Positions 44,758 through 53,305 of a stretch of 53,305 nt of DNA are shown in pieces. The stretch lies in IMG/VR virus record IMGVR_UViG_3300043256_000158, positions 1 to 53,305 of that record; one strand, 5' to 3'. The notes beneath the pieces were generated by a model. That model saw nothing but the letters and a program-made list of their open reading frames with translations, had not been told where the DNA came from and ran no database searches. Position 1 is the stretch's first letter, and every line of letters starts with the position of its first letter. Source of the stretch: a virus. Lineage: Duplodnaviria > Caudoviricetes. Both the position numbers and the translations under genes were made by a program.

Positions 44758-44761
44758 CTAC

Positions 44762-46453
44762 CTATGCCTGCGCTGCATAATAGTAATAAGGATTACCCTC
44801 ACCCACAGACCCTGCAATCGCGCCCATGTTTGGCGGGCTGGCATAAGAGTCACCGTTCACGTCGGTCGAGACCCCAAGCCCGGTCGCGCCCGCCCCGACT
44901 GCCGCCGAGGCAACTTTCAGGCGATAGTCATCGTTTGCCGCGTCAACGAATTTGGGGTCGGCATCCACGGTGTTCTGGCCCAGGCTCTCAGCAGTCGTGT
45001 AGGTGCCGTCGTTGATCTCGGTTCTCGAATAGTTCGTGCCGTCGATTGTAACGACGCTCGTTCCCGACGAATTCCGCCATAGGTTGTTTTGATCTACGGC
45101 ACCCGTGACCACAGCAGAATGCTGATAAGCCTGGTTGGCGATGGTCAGCACGCAGATGGTGTTGCGAACATCGACATTATCCGCGTCCGCGTTTAGCAGA
45201 CGAACACCCTCATCGCTCACATCCAGGTAGATCGTGCAGTGGTAGATTTTCACCGAGGTGTAGGAGCCGCCTGGCTCAATCCGTATGCCCTCCTTGAGAG
45301 AGCCGGTATAGTTCCGGGAGGCGTTGCCGTTCTTCGCGATGAGATTTGCAAATATTTCCCAGGTCGAACCCACGTCCCCTTGTACCCACACCCCCACACT
45401 GCCGTTGCCGGTTACCTTGTTGCGAAAGAATTTCAGTCCACCCACGGTGCCGTTCTTATGGGTCTGCACCCCACGAATGTGATTGTCTACGATATCGTTG
45501 TCCTGAACGAGCGAGCCCGCGAACGTGCAGGTCTTCAGGTCAACCCCATCCTCATGATTGTCGTGGAGATTGCAATTTTGGCAAGTATATTTGGCGCTCA
45601 CGCTGGACTGGACTTGGAACCCGTCCTCAGCATTGTCATCACACTCAATCAACTCGCAAAGATTGTCGTCGCCGGTAGACGCGAAGTTTACCCCATGCCC
45701 AATGTTATTCGCGTTCGCATCGCCGCTCGTAAACAATTTGCCGTTGCTGAACGACCTACCGTTTTTAACCGTGCAATTCGAGCATGAGTTAGTGAACTTA
45801 ATGCCGTCAAAGTTGGCAAAGGAACTGGAAAGGCCGTCGAAAATGCAGTTATCGGAAGTGCCGCTGAACTGTGCATTGATGGAATTCGCGTACTTCGGGG
45901 CCAGGGTCTCACAGGTGACGTAGTTTTTGCTCGAAACATTGATGCACTGGCTTCGCCGGGAAACTTCGACGAGGGCGTAAAGCGAGTCGGGATCAGAGGT
46001 GGCGTAGATGTACAGCTTGTTATCGGAATCATCCCAATAGAAATCCCCTGAACCGATGGCACCGAAAGACGCTACACTGCCGTAGTCGCTGGCGTTCTGG
46101 CCGGTTCCCTGGTTCATCTTTGAACCATCTAGGTAGACGTTCCTGGCCTCCCACGACACTGCCGCTTCCCACACGTTGCCGGAAGTGTTCGTCCATCCCG
46201 TGACCACATCAGCACCGTTGATGATCGGCAGAGCACTCGAGCCATAAGCCGTGAACGTGATCGGACTGCCGCTAGACCCGGACGAAGGCGGAGTCAAGGT
46301 CTCACGCCATTCCTCGCCACGCTTGAAGGCGATGCTATCGCCAGCCGAAAAGCTCGCGGCATTGACCTTGCTTATGGTTTGCCAAGCAGTTCCTTCACTG
46401 GTCCCAGCCGCAGCATCGCTGCCACCAGTCGCATCAACAAAATAGTCAGTCAT
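44762..46453 (-). CDS. Right-handed beta-helix protein (putative depolymerase/tailspike)
   Basis: YFVDATGGSD..GTS...AWQTISKVN...FKRG cap, NxxxDN coils, DPKFVD...DYRL. Confidence 0.85.
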   Translation of the reverse strand: MTDYFVDATGGSDAAAGTSEGTAWQTISKVNAASFSAGDSIAFKRGEEWRETLTPPSSGSSGSPITFTAYGSSALPIINGADVVTGWTNTSGNVWEAAVSWEARNVYLDGSKMNQGTGQNASDYGSVASFGAIGSGDFYWDDSDNKLYIYATSDPDSLYALVEVSRRSQCINVSSKNYVTCETLAPKYANSINAQFSGTSDNCIFDGLSSSFANFDGIKFTNSCSNCTVKNGRSFSNGKLFTSGDANANNIGHGVNFASTGDDNLCELIECDDNAEDGFQVQSSVSAKYTCQNCNLHDNHEDGVDLKTCTFAGSLVQDNDIVDNHIRGVQTHKNGTVGGLKFFRNKVTGNGSVGVWVQGDVGSTWEIFANLIAKNGNASRNYTGSLKEGIRIEPGGSYTSVKIYHCTIYLDVSDEGVRLLNADADNVDVRNTICVLTIANQAYQHSAVVTGAVDQNNLWRNSSGTSVVTIDGTNYSRTEINDGTYTTAESLGQNTVDADPKFVDAANDDYRLKVASAAVGAGATGLGVSTDVNGDSYASPPNMGAIAGSVGEGNPYYYYAAQA

Positions 46454-46691
46454 GGGGTCTGGTGCTCATTATCAATGAGTCGAGACGACGAGTAATTCCA
46501 ACGGCTATAGTGCGAGCCTCAGACTCAGAAATTACGATCCCAGTCACACGGGCATCAGAAAAATAATCAACAAGCTCATCCACGACCGCCCAAAACACCT
46601 GCTCCTCCATAAAACGAGCACTAGCCATAACTGATATCTTACAGCTGCCAGCAATTTTATTACCAAAAATTAGTCCATGAGAATCATTCAT
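46446..46691 (-). CDS. AT-rich hypothetical protein
   Basis: Overlaps neighbours on both sides. Confidence 0.45.
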   Translation of the reverse strand: MNDSHGLIFGNKIAGSCKISVMASARFMEEQVFWAVVDELVDYFSDARVTGIVISESEARTIAVGITRRLDSLIMSTRPHD

Positions 46692-46815
46692 TATCGGACC
46701 TGTTTCTCTCCAACGCCTGACGAAGCTGGCGCAACTGTTCAGCAATAGCAAGTAACACAAAGATCACGATCACCAGTTCGAATAATATTCCGATTAGCAA
46801 GATTGTTTCATTCAT
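46684..46815 (-). CDS. 43-aa single-TM peptide
   Basis: Hand translation MNETILLIGILFELVIVIFVLLAIAEQLRQ...; GAGG SD. Confidence 0.5.
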   Translation of the reverse strand: MNETILLIGILFELVIVIFVLLAIAEQLRQLRQALERNRSDNE

Positions 46816-46872
46816 CATTGACCTCATAAACAGAGCCCTTCAAACGGGCCTCCTTGTCTCTCTTAGAAGGTA

Positions 46873-47004
46873 TCACACACTCCCTGCTATTGCACCCATG
46901 TTCGGAGGTGATCCGTAAGGGTCGCCGTTGACATCGGTCGTAACTCCGAGCCCGGTGCTGGAGAATCCGCACGGCTCGTCAACGGCGTCTTGGTCAAAGA
47001 ACAT
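46873..47004 (-). pseudogene. 43-aa mini-paralogue of the beta-helix protein C-terminus
   Basis: TGLGVTTDVNGDPYGSPPNMGAIAGSV vs TGLGVSTDVNGDSYASPPNMGAIAGSV; AGGAG SD. Confidence 0.7.
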
Positions 47005-47022
47005 GACTGACTCCTACTGCCA

Positions 47023-49632
47023 TCAATGATCCGCAGCCTGGGCATCCAGGTGCGCGGCCACGAAAGACCGCTTCACCGGATCGGCTACCGTCAAGCGATA
47101 TATTCGCTGCCGGGCCTGGCCCATTCGCAACCAGCGCAGCCGTTGCAAGTAGGCACCGATCTTGCCCATGGAGCGGGCAGGCTTGCGTTCCGACCAGGAA
47201 TGCCCGCCATCATCGGAGTAATCGAGCCACACCTGAGGATCGCTGCCCTGTCCCGACGTCAGTCCCGTTCCTGTTTCAATATCCAACTCGAAACGGCGGT
47301 GGAATATGCGCTTGCGATCCTTGTAGACCGGCGGCCCCGTGGCCTGGCCCTGCATGGTGACGCCATATTCCTGGTAGGTATCGAGGTCCAACTCCCCGAT
47401 CTTGCCGTCCTGAAAATCTCCCACCAGATGCTTGCCGTAAGCGTTGACGTAGACACTCGCCCGCCAGCGTCCCAGCCCGAAGCTCTCGCGCTCATGCCAC
47501 AAGCCCGTCGTGATATCGTAAACCCAGGTGGTCTTTTCGGTCGGGAAGGTCAGCACGTAGAACTTGTGCCCGGCCATGGTGTAGATGAAGGCACAGGCAT
47601 CCTCAATCACCGCATAGTCCCTGAAAGCCTCTTCGACCCCATGCTGCGATATCCGTTGGGGAACATAACCATCCACACGGTAGACGATCCGGTCCTCGGC
47701 TAGCCAGAAGATCGCATTGTCATCCTCGGCTACGGAAAAGGCCGCGGCACAGCCGCGCTCAATGAACCCGCCCTCGAAACGTGTAAACGGGAAATCCGAG
47801 GCACCAGAGTTGTACCAGACCTCGATTGTCTCGGCACCAAATTGCCACAACTCACGCCGGTTGCTTATGATTGAAATTGTGTTATCCGGATCACCCTCGG
47901 CGGTGGCGATATCGGTTGCCGTGTAGAGCGTACCATCGTTCAGGTTGGATAAGAACCACTGCCCCGTCCCGGCACGGTTGAAAATGAAATACTGGTCCTG
48001 GAAGTCCACTACGTCGGCAGGGAAAAAGTCGTCGTCCGTGATCTCCACCAAGCCACCTGTCGTCGTATAAATCCAGCCGTTCGTTCCGTCCACGATGGCA
48101 AGCTGCAGCGTGGTCGCCGCGTTATGTGACATGGAGACCTTGCCGAAGCAGTCGGGCGTTTGGCCGGTCCCGTCACCGCCGGGCATCTGAAAAGCGCCCG
48201 CCATGGTGAGGTTGTTCTGATCGACCTGTACGTCACCCGAGGTCGTGATAACCACGGCCAAGCCGTTGGGACCCGAGCCCGTGCCGGGTAGTGCCCTTAT
48301 TACAATCCAGTCGCCGTTGGGACCGGTAACGAAGCCGAAATATCGCTGCACAGGCAACCAATATTCATAAATTGTATCGTTGGTCCGCCCCACCATGAAC
48401 ATCTTGCAAACCGTAAGCAGGCCGAGATCACGATACATTCCACTAAACGTAATTCCCTGTGGAAAGCTGTCCTCAGTGTTGACCGCGATTTGAAGACCAT
48501 CGTAGGAAGCAGTGCTTAAATCCCAAGCAGTGCTAAGAGTGTATTGCTTCACATTATTATTGCCCAAGATATACATCTTGGTGCCATTATCTGTAAAAGT
48601 AACATCAACCGGCGTTGCTCCCTCATCGGTCGTATTAAAGGATACATTGTCGTAGGAAGCCGTGCTCAAGTCCCATGCCGTTGAAAGACTGTATTGATAT
48701 ACCGGGTCACCAACAGTGTCGGACCCAACTATGTACATCTTCGTGCCATCGTCCTTGAAGGCTATGCCGTTGGGCGAAGTTTCTTCTGTGGAAACATCAA
48801 GAGTGACACTATCGTAAGAACCAGTGCTTAAGTCCCAGGCGGTAGAAAGTGAGTATTGAAAGACAGCATCAGCATCGCTATCGAGAATGAACAACTTCGT
48901 GCCGTCACTGCTGAAAGCCAGCCCCGTAGGACTATCACCTTGAGCACTAACGTCCAATTCAACATTATCGTAAGACGCCGTGCTTAGAGCAAATGGGGTG
49001 CCTAGCGTATATTGATAAACAGCATCGTCTGGCGTCCCACCGAACACGCCAGTAATGTACATCTTGGTGCCATCCGGCTTGAAAACAATATTAGTGGGAA
49101 CAGTAGTTTGGCCGGAAACGTCAAGAGAAATGCTGGAATAGGTGGGCTGAAAAATACAGTGGTCGTTAATCATCGTTATAACCGCATCGGCCGTGGCCGC
49201 ATTGCTGGTTATCCAATTAACAGAACCACCAAGAACCTCTGTCCCACCAACCGTGATCGAGGTGATCTGGTTCGTGCCAGCCGATTCCGTGCCGTTCGTG
49301 ATCTGGAAAGTCGCGGACGCCTCGCCGGATACCCCCGGCTCTCCGGCCCCACCCTTCTGAATGCTGCCTAAAGCAGTTGCCCTCCCCGTCGAGTCGATAC
49401 TGTAGAGCACACAGGCAGAAACAGCATAGAGCACGCCATCCATGACTTCGGCGCCGCGGATCGGGCCGTCACCAACAGGATTGGCCCATTCCTTGATACC
49501 CGGCGTGCCATAGACGACCACGGGGTCCTTGGCATCTTTGGGCGCGGCTTCAGCGTACAGATTGACGACACGTTGCGCTGAGAGCGGAAGAGCACGGGCC
49601 TGATAGCTCTGGACAGCGAACTGGACCTGCAT
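47023..49632 (-). CDS. P22 gp10-like tail/DNA stabilisation protein with large repeat insertion
   Basis: QRVVNLY, TAEGDPD, TIEVWYNSG, ERGCAA, SDDGGHSW, GKIGAY..R.RW.RMG. Confidence 0.88.
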   Translation of the reverse strand: MQVQFAVQSYQARALPLSAQRVVNLYAEAAPKDAKDPVVVYGTPGIKEWANPVGDGPIRGAEVMDGVLYAVSACVLYSIDSTGRATALGSIQKGGAGEPGVSGEASATFQITNGTESAGTNQITSITVGGTEVLGGSVNWITSNAATADAVITMINDHCIFQPTYSSISLDVSGQTTVPTNIVFKPDGTKMYITGVFGGTPDDAVYQYTLGTPFALSTASYDNVELDVSAQGDSPTGLAFSSDGTKLFILDSDADAVFQYSLSTAWDLSTGSYDSVTLDVSTEETSPNGIAFKDDGTKMYIVGSDTVGDPVYQYSLSTAWDLSTASYDNVSFNTTDEGATPVDVTFTDNGTKMYILGNNNVKQYTLSTAWDLSTASYDGLQIAVNTEDSFPQGITFSGMYRDLGLLTVCKMFMVGRTNDTIYEYWLPVQRYFGFVTGPNGDWIVIRALPGTGSGPNGLAVVITTSGDVQVDQNNLTMAGAFQMPGGDGTGQTPDCFGKVSMSHNAATTLQLAIVDGTNGWIYTTTGGLVEITDDDFFPADVVDFQDQYFIFNRAGTGQWFLSNLNDGTLYTATDIATAEGDPDNTISIISNRRELWQFGAETIEVWYNSGASDFPFTRFEGGFIERGCAAAFSVAEDDNAIFWLAEDRIVYRVDGYVPQRISQHGVEEAFRDYAVIEDACAFIYTMAGHKFYVLTFPTEKTTWVYDITTGLWHERESFGLGRWRASVYVNAYGKHLVGDFQDGKIGELDLDTYQEYGVTMQGQATGPPVYKDRKRIFHRRFELDIETGTGLTSGQGSDPQVWLDYSDDGGHSWSERKPARSMGKIGAYLQRLRWLRMGQARQRIYRLTVADPVKRSFVAAHLDAQAADH
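48350..49150 (-). repeat. Beta-propeller-like repeats (F..DGTKMY...QYxLSTAWDLSTASYD) x4
   Basis: Four clear copies in translation; bounds approximate. Confidence 0.75.
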
Positions 49633-49804
49633 TATCCTAAGACATTCCTATCAAGAGGTTGTGGCATGATGAACTTGGCTTGCAGCAACGACGGTAAGCG
49701 TTTGTTGATCCTCGATGACTCAGAAACGCTCTGGGAAGCCACACTGGACAGCGGCAAGCAATGGACAAACCAGAATTGGGCCGATCCTTCTACAGTTCGG
49801 CTCG

Positions 49805-50779
49805 TCAGTCGCCCCAACTGTGAATCAAGTTAGGCGCAAAATACACGCTCTCCGGCTCCTGATCCCATTGGGTCATCTCGTTGAGCATCGTCGTTCCGCC
49901 CTGCATAATCATCTGCGCCGAGACTTGTCCGGCCGCGCCATAGGAAGGCAGCAACCGCTTGGCCAGGTTCCACACGATGGTGTCTAGCCATTCAGTGGGC
50001 AGATCGGCATTGTTCCCGCTCGCATCGAAGTCCTGGAGGGGCAGCAAGCAGGATAGACGGATCGTGCGGTCTACCGTATTGGGAACCGGCCAGAGATAAA
50101 TCGTGCCACGGGCGTTCCTGTGCTCGGGGTGATAGTAAACGATGTTGGTTTCGCCCTCGTTCGTCTTGTTCGGAAGGCGCTGATATTCCTCATGGCTGTT
50201 CAGGATGATCGGCGTGTCCTGGTCGCTGTTTTCGTCGCGCCTGCGCACATCCACAATCCGCAGGGGCCGCGCCAAGTCGTTGGTGTAAGCATAGAGTTTG
50301 TTATCTTCCGCGGCTGCCCCCGTGAGTGCGTCGTCAACCGTGATCTGAGTAGAGGAATCCACCGATGCAATCGTAGTCCACTGCATGGTGTCATCGTCGA
50401 GCACGATCCCGCACTTGTCGGCTGCCGTCATGTCGGTGGAACTCGTGACCGAGAGTATCGTCTGCCCGCTTGCCTCGTCACCACTGAGCGTCGTGCGGAC
50501 GATCTCGTTGTCCTCAGCTGCGTTCTGGCTCGATGACGGCCCCAGCTCGTAGGAAGCCCTTGAGGGCACTACAAATAGCGTGGCTTCTCTCCGCGACCAA
50601 AGATGAGTGCCTTGGCCCTGCCAGTGCTTGACCATGCGCTCCAATTGGCGGATACCGTATTGAAGCGCCTCCGCATTAGGCGTCTCGCCTTCCTCAACCG
50701 CACCCAACAGGACAAGCGAATCAGTGACGATTTCGTTGCGGGTCTGGTTGAAGTCCGTTGATCCGGAAAGGGTAGGCAT
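49805..50779 (-). CDS. P22 gp4-like head-tail adaptor
   Basis: TRNEIVTDSL..LG...GETP, IYLWPVP, LPTEW..TIVWNLA. Confidence 0.8.
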   Translation of the reverse strand: MPTLSGSTDFNQTRNEIVTDSLVLLGAVEEGETPNAEALQYGIRQLERMVKHWQGQGTHLWSRREATLFVVPSRASYELGPSSSQNAAEDNEIVRTTLSGDEASGQTILSVTSSTDMTAADKCGIVLDDDTMQWTTIASVDSSTQITVDDALTGAAAEDNKLYAYTNDLARPLRIVDVRRRDENSDQDTPIILNSHEEYQRLPNKTNEGETNIVYYHPEHRNARGTIYLWPVPNTVDRTIRLSCLLPLQDFDASGNNADLPTEWLDTIVWNLAKRLLPSYGAAGQVSAQMIMQGGTTMLNEMTQWDQEPESVYFAPNLIHSWGD

Positions 50780-50782
50780 TAT

Positions 50783-50953
50783 TTACGTATCCTCCTCTTG
50801 AGGATGCATTTCTTGACAAGCGCACGGCCTACACAGCACCGACTGAGAAAATATTGTTTCATATAGTTCATCACACTCCCAACACCGATGTAATTCCTTG
50901 TCCAGGCGTGGAAGCCCCCCTGGGTTCGGCTCAACAATTTCACTATTTGTCAT
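50783..50953 (-). CDS. 56-aa Zn-finger peptide
   Basis: Hand translation ...CWEC...CRPCACQEMHPQ; ATGA coupling. Confidence 0.5.
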   Translation of the reverse strand: MTNSEIVEPNPGGLPRLDKELHRCWECDELYETIFSQSVLCRPCACQEMHPQEEDT

Positions 50954-51198
50954 AGGTCACCCGCCACTACTTCATTGTCGGTCAGAAACTTATCCGGCGG
51001 CTCTGGGTTCGCGTCCGGCACGTCCTGGCGGTCCTGCACCGAACGGATCAGGTCTTGCGGGTGACGTTCTTCCCAGGACTGAATACGAACCGTCTGGCCC
51101 GTCCATTCCTTCCTGGCTTGCGTGCTCTTGATCTTGAATCCTGTGCGCCGGCAATAAATATTGTACGCGCCAGGAAGCCAGTAATCAGCCTTGCCCAT
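50950..51198 (-). CDS. Small late protein
   Basis: CRRTGFK...KEWTG...WEERHPQD. Confidence 0.7.
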   Translation of the reverse strand: MGKADYWLPGAYNIYCRRTGFKIKSTQARKEWTGQTVRIQSWEERHPQDLIRSVQDRQDVPDANPEPPDKFLTDNEVVAGDL

Positions 51199-51200
51199 GA

Positions 51201-51587
51201 CTATGACTTCCGCAACCAGAAAACTATCGAGCCCGCTTCGCCGGTGCCCATACCAGAGGTGTCAATATCAATATCACCAGTCTTGCCCGTACCCGCATTG
51301 TTAGGCAAGCCCCCCTCAGCAAAGAAGTTGTAATTGACCCATTCGTCGCCCGGGATCGATAGGGCGTCCACATTGGTATTCGCGTCCCATTCGAGCATCA
51401 GACTAAAGCCGTTCAGATGCGCCTGAATTTTCATGATCTTGAGATCGGTAAAGGAACCACTGTAATCCGAGGCATCGATCAGAAGTGTGTCGGTCACATC
51501 CGAACCATTGTCGCCGATCAGTATGGTTTTGACGACAAGGTTACGCTCGCCGTCCACAATGGTCTGCTTCGTGATGAAGATGGTCAT
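51201..51587 (-). CDS. Putative virion protein
   Basis: GGLPNNAGTGKTGDI motif. Confidence 0.7.
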   Translation of the reverse strand: MTIFITKQTIVDGERNLVVKTILIGDNGSDVTDTLLIDASDYSGSFTDLKIMKIQAHLNGFSLMLEWDANTNVDALSIPGDEWVNYNFFAEGGLPNNAGTGKTGDIDIDTSGMGTGEAGSIVFWLRKS

Positions 51588-51934
51588 TATGGTAACTCCG
51601 CGTAGGTCAGGGTGCCGGCAACAGCCGTGCCGCCCGATAGTTCAAGGTTCAACAGAGTGTTGACCGCCGTCTTGAACCAGCCAATTTCCGAGAACGGCAG
51701 CGTGAAACCTGAATTGGTCGTGAGGTTCATCACGCCGGTCAGTGCCGTCCCGCCCGCACCGTCCTCAAAGCGAATATTCACTGCCCCCGCCGCGATCAGC
51801 ACGCATCCGAGCACAAGTATCTTGTTGCTTGCAACTGCGACAATGATCGTATTATCACCCGCAGAGTTCACATCAACAGGGACATACTTGGGCGTCAACA
51901 CGGCAGGCAGGAGATAATCGGGGAGACGGGGCAT
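51587..51934 (-). CDS. Putative virion protein
   Basis: Beta-rich 115 aa, coupled. Confidence 0.65.
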   Translation of the reverse strand: MPRLPDYLLPAVLTPKYVPVDVNSAGDNTIIVAVASNKILVLGCVLIAAGAVNIRFEDGAGGTALTGVMNLTTNSGFTLPFSEIGWFKTAVNTLLNLELSGGTAVAGTLTYAELP

Positions 51935-52152
51935 CAACCTACTCCGAGCAGGGGGAGATATTTACCGGCTCCGGCACCGCGAACCGGAATGCCACTATAG
52001 AGCCCCCAGAGATGTGCCCTATCGGTAGCCCCAATCGTACCGTCTGCAAATGGTAAGATGTGATCGAATGGATCGCACCAATTGAATGCGGACAGTAAAT
52101 TGGCATCGCTCGCGTCTAGTTCGTTCTGGACAAAATGCGGTATTAAAACCAT
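51934..52152 (-). CDS. Small late protein
   Basis: DGTIGATDRAHLWGLYSG...LLGVG; coupled. Confidence 0.6.
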   Translation of the reverse strand: MVLIPHFVQNELDASDANLLSAFNWCDPFDHILPFADGTIGATDRAHLWGLYSGIPVRGAGAGKYLPLLGVG

Positions 52153-53305
52153 TACATCTGCATCTGCATCGTTATCGAGGCTTCCAAAGTGGCGGCATCG
52201 ACGCCGGAAACCGGGCGGATACAGAGCGCAATCACGTCCTGAGTTCCATCGATCTGGGAACCGAGGGATAGCGTGTTCGTGATGTCGAATAAGTGGTCGA
52301 GCGCAGCGCCGCCGCCACTGCCACTGGTGGCATACCCGCCGGCTATGATAAGCCCGGTCGAGCCAATCGTTACCTTGTTGGCCGTGATACCAACTGCCCG
52401 CTGGAAACCGCTGTTGTCCTCGTCCGAGAAACTAAGTGCAGTGCTGGCCACCGTGGGATTATGGATCAGCAGCCATTCCAGCTTCTCGCTTGCTGTCTCA
52501 ATCAGGAACCCAACATCTTTGACCCTCGTCCGGCCGCCGATGTGAGTCGCCTTTCGTCTGAGGGCCAGAACGCAATGGATCGAGTTCTCCGCATCGGTAG
52601 TGTAGGCCGCACCCTCGGTCGAATGATAGCTGATCAACCCGGTGTCGTTGGTCCCACCCTCGGACATGACGGCGGCACAAATGCAGCGCATCGAGCACAC
52701 GCCCGACGACGTGGTTGTTACGATCCTATACCTGACCGGCAGATTGGGCGTCGAGGTCCACGGGATCGCGATGGTGTTAGCGGCCAGAAATTCATGAGCG
52801 TATTGGATCACCCCGGCGATTTCGAAGCCGACCCGTACCCGTCCGGCCGAAAGCCACTGAAAATCGACTACCAGGATGACATCCTTCGTCCAGTCCATCG
52901 TTATTCCGGATGGATTGGCCGCATCGGCATCGCCATCGAAATTATCTTGATCCCAGCTTGCTTGGGCCACCTTGTTTTCGACCGTCGAACCGCTGTCGTG
53001 TGTTCTCAATATCAAATTAATCGTACCGGCATCGCTCTGAAGCAATACTCCATTGGTTGCTGTGTTGTAGCCCATCTCCCGGACGCAGCCGGTCTTGGTG
53101 CCCGAGACCAGTTCGAGAACGCCAGTCATGTTTACGAACTGCGATTTGCCAGGCTGGTACGGAAAGTGCTGATAGGTTTGGCGAATCCGCTCGCCAGCCG
53201 TGGTGTCGGTCGAGGTGAAATCGGTATAGGGCTTGTCCAGCGTCGGCGCGCTGAGCGCCATGGTCCCGCTCACGAGGCTATTCTGCCAGAACAGGGCCTG
53301 CTGGT
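52152..53305 (-). CDS. C-terminal part of junction-spanning virion structural protein
   Basis: YQPGKSQ, DFQWLSAGRVRVGF, PNLPVRY, CAAVMSEGG. Confidence 0.8.
   Translation of the reverse strand, partial: QQALFWQNSLVSGTMALSAPTLDKPYTDFTSTDTTAGERIRQTYQHFPYQPGKSQFVNMTGVLELVSGTKTGCVREMGYNTATNGVLLQSDAGTINLILRTHDSGSTVENKVAQASWDQDNFDGDADAANPSGITMDWTKDVILVVDFQWLSAGRVRVGFEIAGVIQYAHEFLAANTIAIPWTSTPNLPVRYRIVTTTSSGVCSMRCICAAVMSEGGTNDTGLISYHSTEGAAYTTDAENSIHCVLALRRKATHIGGRTRVKDVGFLIETASEKLEWLLIHNPTVASTALSFSDEDNSGFQRAVGITANKVTIGSTGLIIAGGYATSGSGGGAALDHLFDITNTLSLGSQIDGTQDVIALCIRPVSGVDAATLEASITMQMQM
52899..53305. repeat. Right copy of imperfect terminal direct repeat
   Basis: Matches 1-407. Confidence 0.95.

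Noticed and set aside
49632-49817. 61-aa ORF between gp4- and gp10-like genes
   Set aside because: Fills the gap but has a TTG start and no motif; not supportable

Overview
The window looks like one complete, circularly permuted ~52.9-kb podovirus-like phage genome. Bases 1-407 recur imperfectly at 52899-53305, and one gene runs across the junction. The host is probably an alphaproteobacterium (GcrA homologue, suhB/MmgR-like sRNA). The minus strand carries Cro, early-right genes (HNH, VRR-NUC, DnaA-C HTH, GcrA, C5 methyltransferase), a minimal replication region, a NusG-like antiterminator, TerS/TerL, portal, GroES-like protein, scaffold, capsid, many accessory virion proteins, P22 gp4/gp10-like tail proteins, ejection proteins, tail fibre and a lysis cassette (holin-like, M15 endolysin, lipoprotein, class-3 lipase). 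The plus strand carries an early-left operon of small genes (Gp157, SSB-like, Lar). I recognise no integrase, no CI in the switch, and no polymerase, primase or helicase. A 2,275-bp IS1595-family element with a DUF3800-like passenger splits the lysis lipoprotein. The most unusual signal is two copies (8701-8849, 33339-33478) of a promoter-driven tRNA-shaped RNA scaffold. Their acceptor-, D- and T-like arms are conserved and covary, but their ~90-nt central cargo is unrelated, and each copy lies between short direct repeats, antisense to the late operon. Other highlights: a two-frame methyltransferase with three TRD-like repeats, a structured origin-like region with an antisense RNA, a CI-less switch, and a candidate -1 frameshift. 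All product calls come from motif recognition by eye; no database searches were run.
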